This document shows positions 59,854 to 64,000 of a stretch of 64,000 bases of DNA, one piece after another. The position numbers and the translations under genes were made by a program. The notes under the pieces were generated by a model. The model was given only the letters and a program-made list of their open reading frames with translations. It was not told the origin of the DNA and searched no databases. The stretch spans positions 32,001 to 96,000 of the IMG/VR virus record IMGVR_UViG_3300017716_002841; one strand, given 5' to 3'. This DNA is from a virus. Every line of letters starts with the position of its first letter. Position 1 is the first letter of the stretch.

Positions 59854-60965
59854 CTTCTTAATTCAGCTAACTGCTTAGAAGTTTTTGGTTTAAACTTTTC
59901 TTTAAAACCTACACTCTCAATAATTGGCTTAGCAGAAGTATAATCTCTTTGATCTGACATATAATTAAGTATTGAATTTGTTGTATTTTCCTTAATTGGT
60001 TGCTTATTACCAAGAGCTGCTTGCACCGCTTTAGTTTGAGCATTCATTAATTCAGGTGCTAATTTAGTACCCTTATAATCGACAGCCAATTCATCAAATT
60101 GTGAAGTATTTTCTGCATCTTCATAACCTTCTTCTTCTTCTTGACCTACATTACCTGTTATATTAGGTTTAGCCTGAATATCAGGTGTATGAATAACTAC
60201 TCCAGCGCCTCCATAATTTTCTAAATCATCAGAAATTTGAGATTCTACTTTCTCAGCACCCAACCTTGCTATAATTTTACCTAACTTAGTGTCTTTACCA
60301 AAAGTAGCATCGATACTTCTACCCTCTACTTCAATATCAGTCTCTTTAACGAACTTTTTAAGATAATTAATAATGCGATTTATATCCTCTAAATCACTAC
60401 CTTTATCAACAACAACTTCAATCATATAATCATTGCTATATGATCCTTGAATTGATTTTGTCAAATCATCAAAATTATCTACAACCTGACTTACAGAGCT
60501 AAGTGCTGCAGCTGTATCTTTCTTACGCTCTATACGTGCAACCTTTTTAGCTGCTTTAAGTTCAGCGTTAAGCTTATTCATTTCCATACGCTGTTGCGCA
60601 GCATCTGTTCTATTACCTGTTGTAAAGCTAATTTTATTCTCTAGTTGATCTTTGATATGGTTTTGTATATCATCTCGCCGAGACTTTATCTGCTTTGCGA
60701 TACCATTCTGCTCAAAATAATCAACCATTCTACTAACAGAAGGGTCGTTCTTAAACATTCTTATAACACTATCATCGATAATATCAAGATCGTATAAAAT
60801 ATTTAACATTGCTAGTCTTCCTTCACGAGTACCAGATGATGCGCCTTTTGATGCAGCTAATTCTCTAGCTTGCTTTTGAAAGCCTGGCATGAGTCTTTCC
60901 ATAGGTGAAGGCGCCGCTTCATTAAGAAATGTTAATCTTGAGAGTAGATTTGCAAAGGAACACAT
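59841..60965 (-). CDS. Hypothetical late protein (possible internal head protein)
   Basis: Perfect TATAAATA at 60972-60979; FLNE/A, IKE/N and IIE/S possible gp21 sites. Confidence 0.6.
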   Translation of the reverse strand: MCSFANLLSRLTFLNEAAPSPMERLMPGFQKQARELAASKGASSGTREGRLAMLNILYDLDIIDDSVIRMFKNDPSVSRMVDYFEQNGIAKQIKSRRDDIQNHIKDQLENKISFTTGNRTDAAQQRMEMNKLNAELKAAKKVARIERKKDTAAALSSVSQVVDNFDDLTKSIQGSYSNDYMIEVVVDKGSDLEDINRIINYLKKFVKETDIEVEGRSIDATFGKDTKLGKIIARLGAEKVESQISDDLENYGGAGVVIHTPDIQAKPNITGNVGQEEEEGYEDAENTSQFDELAVDYKGTKLAPELMNAQTKAVQAALGNKQPIKENTTNSILNYMSDQRDYTSAKPIIESVGFKEKFKPKTSKQLAELRSYGM

Positions 60966-60983
60966 ATACAATATTTATACAAG

Positions 60984-61301
60984 ATGCAATTAAATTGGGA
61001 AGATTTTAACGAAATGTCTTTTACAGGTATATGTAAACTACCTGGTATTGGAAAAAAAGTAGCAGAACGCATTGTAGCAATGCAGCCGTTTCGCACAAAC
61101 AACGATCTTTTTAAGATAAAAGGTCTTGGATCTAATACTTTAAAAAAATTAGGTATTGAAAAGGAGAAGAAAGAACGCAAAAGTTGGCATCTAATGCCAG
61201 ATGGTATTGAATATCCATCATACGCTCTAGCTAAAAATAATTTAACAGGTCAAATCGATTTTTTCTGGAGAATGCCAAGAGAAAGAAGAGAATATTTATA
61301 A
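60984..61301 (+). CDS. Helix-hairpin-helix (ComEA-like) DNA-binding protein
   Basis: LPGIGKKVAERIV and IKGLGSNTLKKL. Confidence 0.85.
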   Translation: MQLNWEDFNEMSFTGICKLPGIGKKVAERIVAMQPFRTNNDLFKIKGLGSNTLKKLGIEKEKKERKSWHLMPDGIEYPSYALAKNNLTGQIDFFWRMPRERREYL

Positions 61302-61305
61302 TACT

Positions 61306-61974
61306 ATGTGTGCGATTTTAATGAGTAACAACATCTCTAAATTCGAGGTACTATACGACGGTAATTTAGTAAGAGGTAATTTCTCCAGCGGTGTTCTTTG
61401 TCTATATGACGGCAACGAACAGCAAACTATTAAGAAACAAGGAACTCTCGATTTTAATTGTATACAACTAGATGATAGATGTGATTACTTTATCGGACAT
61501 GTTCAAGCTCCCACTTCAGCAGCAAGACACTGGTCATACGATACATCTCACCCCTTTGAATCTTTATCTTGGTCTGTAGTTCATAATGGTGTACTAACAA
61601 ATGATAAGGAATTAAAGCGTAAATATATACCGTGGGATGAAAACACTGTTGATACTTCTGTAATACCTAATTTACTGCAACACCTTACAGAAGAGTGTAA
61701 TGGTGAGTGCCCTGCACCAATAACTATTAAGAAGGTTCTTAATTTACTTGAAGGTACATTTGCTTTAGGTATTGTTGATACGGATTCTAACGATGTTTAT
61801 ATAGCGCGGCAGGGATCTATACTACACTTTAACGATAATGGTGATGTATCTACTCTTGGAGGTGAAGGATTTACCTTATTACCTGAAGGTGTAATAATGA
61901 TGCTTGGTAACAATCACGATACATGGAGTATTGTCGATACTTTTGAAACTAAATCACCTTTCTTATTTATTTAA
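61306..61974 (+). CDS. Class II (Ntn) glutamine amidotransferase
   Basis: Cys2 (MCAI), RG, GHVQAPT, SHPF, VVHNGVL, VDTSVI, LEGTFA. Confidence 0.85.
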   Translation: MCAILMSNNISKFEVLYDGNLVRGNFSSGVLCLYDGNEQQTIKKQGTLDFNCIQLDDRCDYFIGHVQAPTSAARHWSYDTSHPFESLSWSVVHNGVLTNDKELKRKYIPWDENTVDTSVIPNLLQHLTEECNGECPAPITIKKVLNLLEGTFALGIVDTDSNDVYIARQGSILHFNDNGDVSTLGGEGFTLLPEGVIMMLGNNHDTWSIVDTFETKSPFLFI

Positions 61975-61978
61975 ATTT

Positions 61979-62647
61979 ATGTCAATAAACAAAACACTAT
62001 ATTTCTCTGCAACTAAGGGAAGCCGTAAAGATACATTATTGTTTAAAAATAGTTCTGTATATAATAAATTCATTTACAAGGAAAATAATAAACTACCGTT
62101 ACCTCAACTTTACAATAAAGCTATCGACTTAGCTATTGAAGGTAAAAAGGAGTATATTGTGCTGTGTCATGACGATGTTATTATTGAATCTGATGTAGCT
62201 TACAAACTACCAGATATTTTACGTACGGAATTTGACATTATTGGTGTAGCGGGTACAACAGAATGTAAATTACAAGAACCTGCACTATGGCATCTAATGG
62301 GAGGTGGGGTTGAAGGTCGCAAACTACACGGTGCAGTAGCTCACGGTAATGAAAATCAAAAGAGTATGACCTCTTTTGGAGTCTACCCTCAGCGAGTCGT
62401 CTTATTAGATGGAGTATTTTTAGCCATTCATAGACGTGTATTTGAAAAGGTACGGTTTGATGAAACTAACCCTGCTGGTTTTCACTTTTATGATCTAGAT
62501 TATTCTCTACAGTGTCATAAAGCTGGATTTAAATTAGGAGTGTCAGATATTATGATTACACATGCATCCCCTGGCTTAAAAGAATTTACACCTGAGTTTC
62601 TTGAAGGTCAAAAGTGGTTTCTAGAAAAGTGGAAGGGTAAACTATGA
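61979..62647 (+). CDS. GT2-like glycosyltransferase
   Basis: YN.AI, VLCHDDV, IIGVAG, LDGVFLA, FDE..GFHFYDLD, ITH.S.G. Confidence 0.85.
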   Translation: MSINKTLYFSATKGSRKDTLLFKNSSVYNKFIYKENNKLPLPQLYNKAIDLAIEGKKEYIVLCHDDVIIESDVAYKLPDILRTEFDIIGVAGTTECKLQEPALWHLMGGGVEGRKLHGAVAHGNENQKSMTSFGVYPQRVVLLDGVFLAIHRRVFEKVRFDETNPAGFHFYDLDYSLQCHKAGFKLGVSDIMITHASPGLKEFTPEFLEGQKWFLEKWKGKL

Positions 62648-62659
62648 GTGGATTTTCAT

Positions 62660-62675
62660 GGAACTCTAATATAAT
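62660..62675 (+). promoter_or_regulatory. GGAACT-N4-TATAAT promoter-like motif before gp41
   Basis: Same spacing at 41071-41086 (+) and 21037-21052 (-). Confidence 0.55.
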
Positions 62676-62681
62676 GACAAT

Positions 62682-63998
62682 GTGAGTGATTTAGATCTTG
62701 ATTATTTTGAACGTATAATTTGCTACCGATCTTTAACCGACTCTACCTATTTAGCTTCGATTGTTGACTATATTAAGCCGAAATATTTTAAATCTAAGAA
62801 TATTGCTAAGATTTTTGATATTATTAACGACTTTTATACTAAACGTGAAAAACTACCTACGCTAACTGAAGTTAAAGCGTATCTTACTACAGATGAATAC
62901 AGAGATTCATTCAAGCAGCTCGTAGAATCATTCAAAGATATTGATAAAAACATCGATAAGAATGAACTGTATGATAACACAGAAAGATTTATTAAAGAAA
63001 AATCTGTATATCATACTATGCTTGAAGTGGCGAGCGATATTGCTAAAGGCTCTATTGATACTTCAGAGATTCTTAATAAGTTCGAAACCTCCTGTAATAT
63101 TAACCTTGTAACAGATAGAGGTCTTGATTTATATAGAGATGTAGATCTTATTGTGGAGGATCTTACAAATATACAAAAAGCTATCCCTAGTACCTGGGCG
63201 TGGTTCGATGATGCTCTAAATGGTGGTTTTCAAGAAAATGGTCGCGCTCTATATGTATTTGCTGGTGAAACTAACATCGGTAAGTCTATCTTTCTAGGTA
63301 ACGTAGCTACTAATATTGCTAATCAAGGTAAAAATGTACTGCTAATTACGTTAGAAATGTCAGAGTTGCTGTATGCTAGACGTATCTGTACTAATGTTAG
63401 TAAGATTCCACTCAAAGAACTCGCAATAAACTCTCATTCTTTACGTCAAGCGTTAAAAGAACAGGAGGATGATGGTAAGGGTCGTATTTTTATTAAGGAG
63501 TTTCCTCCTAGTACAGTTACTCCTAACCAATTAAAAGCCTTTATTAAGAAAATTGTTGATCAAGGTATTAAGATTGACGCAATTGTATTAGATTATCTTA
63601 ATCTTTTACATTCTACAGTAGGATCTAACTCTTATGAACGTATTAAAAACGTAACAGAACAAGTGCGTGCTATGACATATGTATTTAACTGTCCTATCAT
63701 ATCCGCAACTCAGTTAAATCGCTCTGGATTTAGTTCTGCAAATCCTGATCTTACTACTATTTCAGAATCTGTTGGTTTAGCTGCTACTGCTGATGTTATT
63801 GTATCAATTTATCAAAACGAAGAAGATAGAGAATTGAGTATTATTAGGTTAGGTATGATGAAAAACCGATATGGTCCTAGAGGTCATACTCAAGCTATGA
63901 GAATTGACTACTCTACACTAACTATTACCCAGGCTGAAGAAGAAATGCAGACTTTAGAAGACGAATCATACAATAATCTAAGCTTTTTAGGTAGTTGA
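62682..63998 (+). CDS. gp41: Replicative DnaB-like helicase, gp41-like
   Basis: AGETNIGKS, ITLEMSE, IKEFP, LDYLNL, ATQLNRSG, SES.GL..TAD, KNRYG. Confidence 0.96.
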   Translation: MSDLDLDYFERIICYRSLTDSTYLASIVDYIKPKYFKSKNIAKIFDIINDFYTKREKLPTLTEVKAYLTTDEYRDSFKQLVESFKDIDKNIDKNELYDNTERFIKEKSVYHTMLEVASDIAKGSIDTSEILNKFETSCNINLVTDRGLDLYRDVDLIVEDLTNIQKAIPSTWAWFDDALNGGFQENGRALYVFAGETNIGKSIFLGNVATNIANQGKNVLLITLEMSELLYARRICTNVSKIPLKELAINSHSLRQALKEQEDDGKGRIFIKEFPPSTVTPNQLKAFIKKIVDQGIKIDAIVLDYLNLLHSTVGSNSYERIKNVTEQVRAMTYVFNCPIISATQLNRSGFSSANPDLTTISESVGLAATADVIVSIYQNEEDRELSIIRLGMMKNRYGPRGHTQAMRIDYSTLTITQAEEEMQTLEDESYNNLSFLGS

Positions 63999-64000
63999 TT

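Noticed and set aside
59032-61974. Qat or type IV CBASS defence system (QueC plus GATase)
   Set aside because: No QatA ATPase, TatD or cyclase adjacent; QueC is accompanied by folE/queD/queE/queF, which fits base biosynthesis.
54613-63998. Inteins or introns in gp43, UvsX, gp41
   Set aside because: Lengths and motif spacing are normal and reading frames are continuous.
1-64000. CRISPR array, tRNA or rRNA genes
   Set aside because: No regularly spaced repeats or cloverleaf signatures noticed; intergenic gaps are short. Not confirmed computationally.
1-64000. Stop-codon reassignment
   Set aside because: Core genes are full length under the standard code, and TAA, TAG and TGA all end genes at expected positions.

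Overview
AT-rich 64-kb segment of a large T4-like (myovirus-type) phage genome read with the standard genetic code. It holds a rearranged head/neck module (gp15, gp20, gp13, gp4, gp21, gp67-like, gp22, gp23) and a replication/recombination core (UvsY, UvsW, gp55, gp47, gp46, gp43, UvsX, gp41, plus gp62, a DinG helicase and a GroES-like co-chaperonin). Accessory content: a tandem array of five paralogous putative fibre/adhesin genes; an HTH-HNH plus HTH-methyltransferase cassette behind the capsid gene; a 12.8-kb glycan-biosynthesis island; and a dispersed 7-deazaguanine pathway (folE, queD, queE, queC, queF; no dpdA/tgt seen). Its QueC lacks three of four Zn cysteines and sits near a class II glutamine amidotransferase and a GT2 glycosyltransferase just upstream of gp41. 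A late-promoter block encodes enzymes (nucleotidyltransferase-ligase-like fusion, cytidylyltransferase-like, nuclease-like, protease) with N-termini resembling the T4 capsid-targeting sequence. Many genes have promoter -10 or TAAATA boxes only 5-10 nt before the start codon, suggesting largely leaderless mRNAs. All calls come from motif recognition by eye; no database searches were run.
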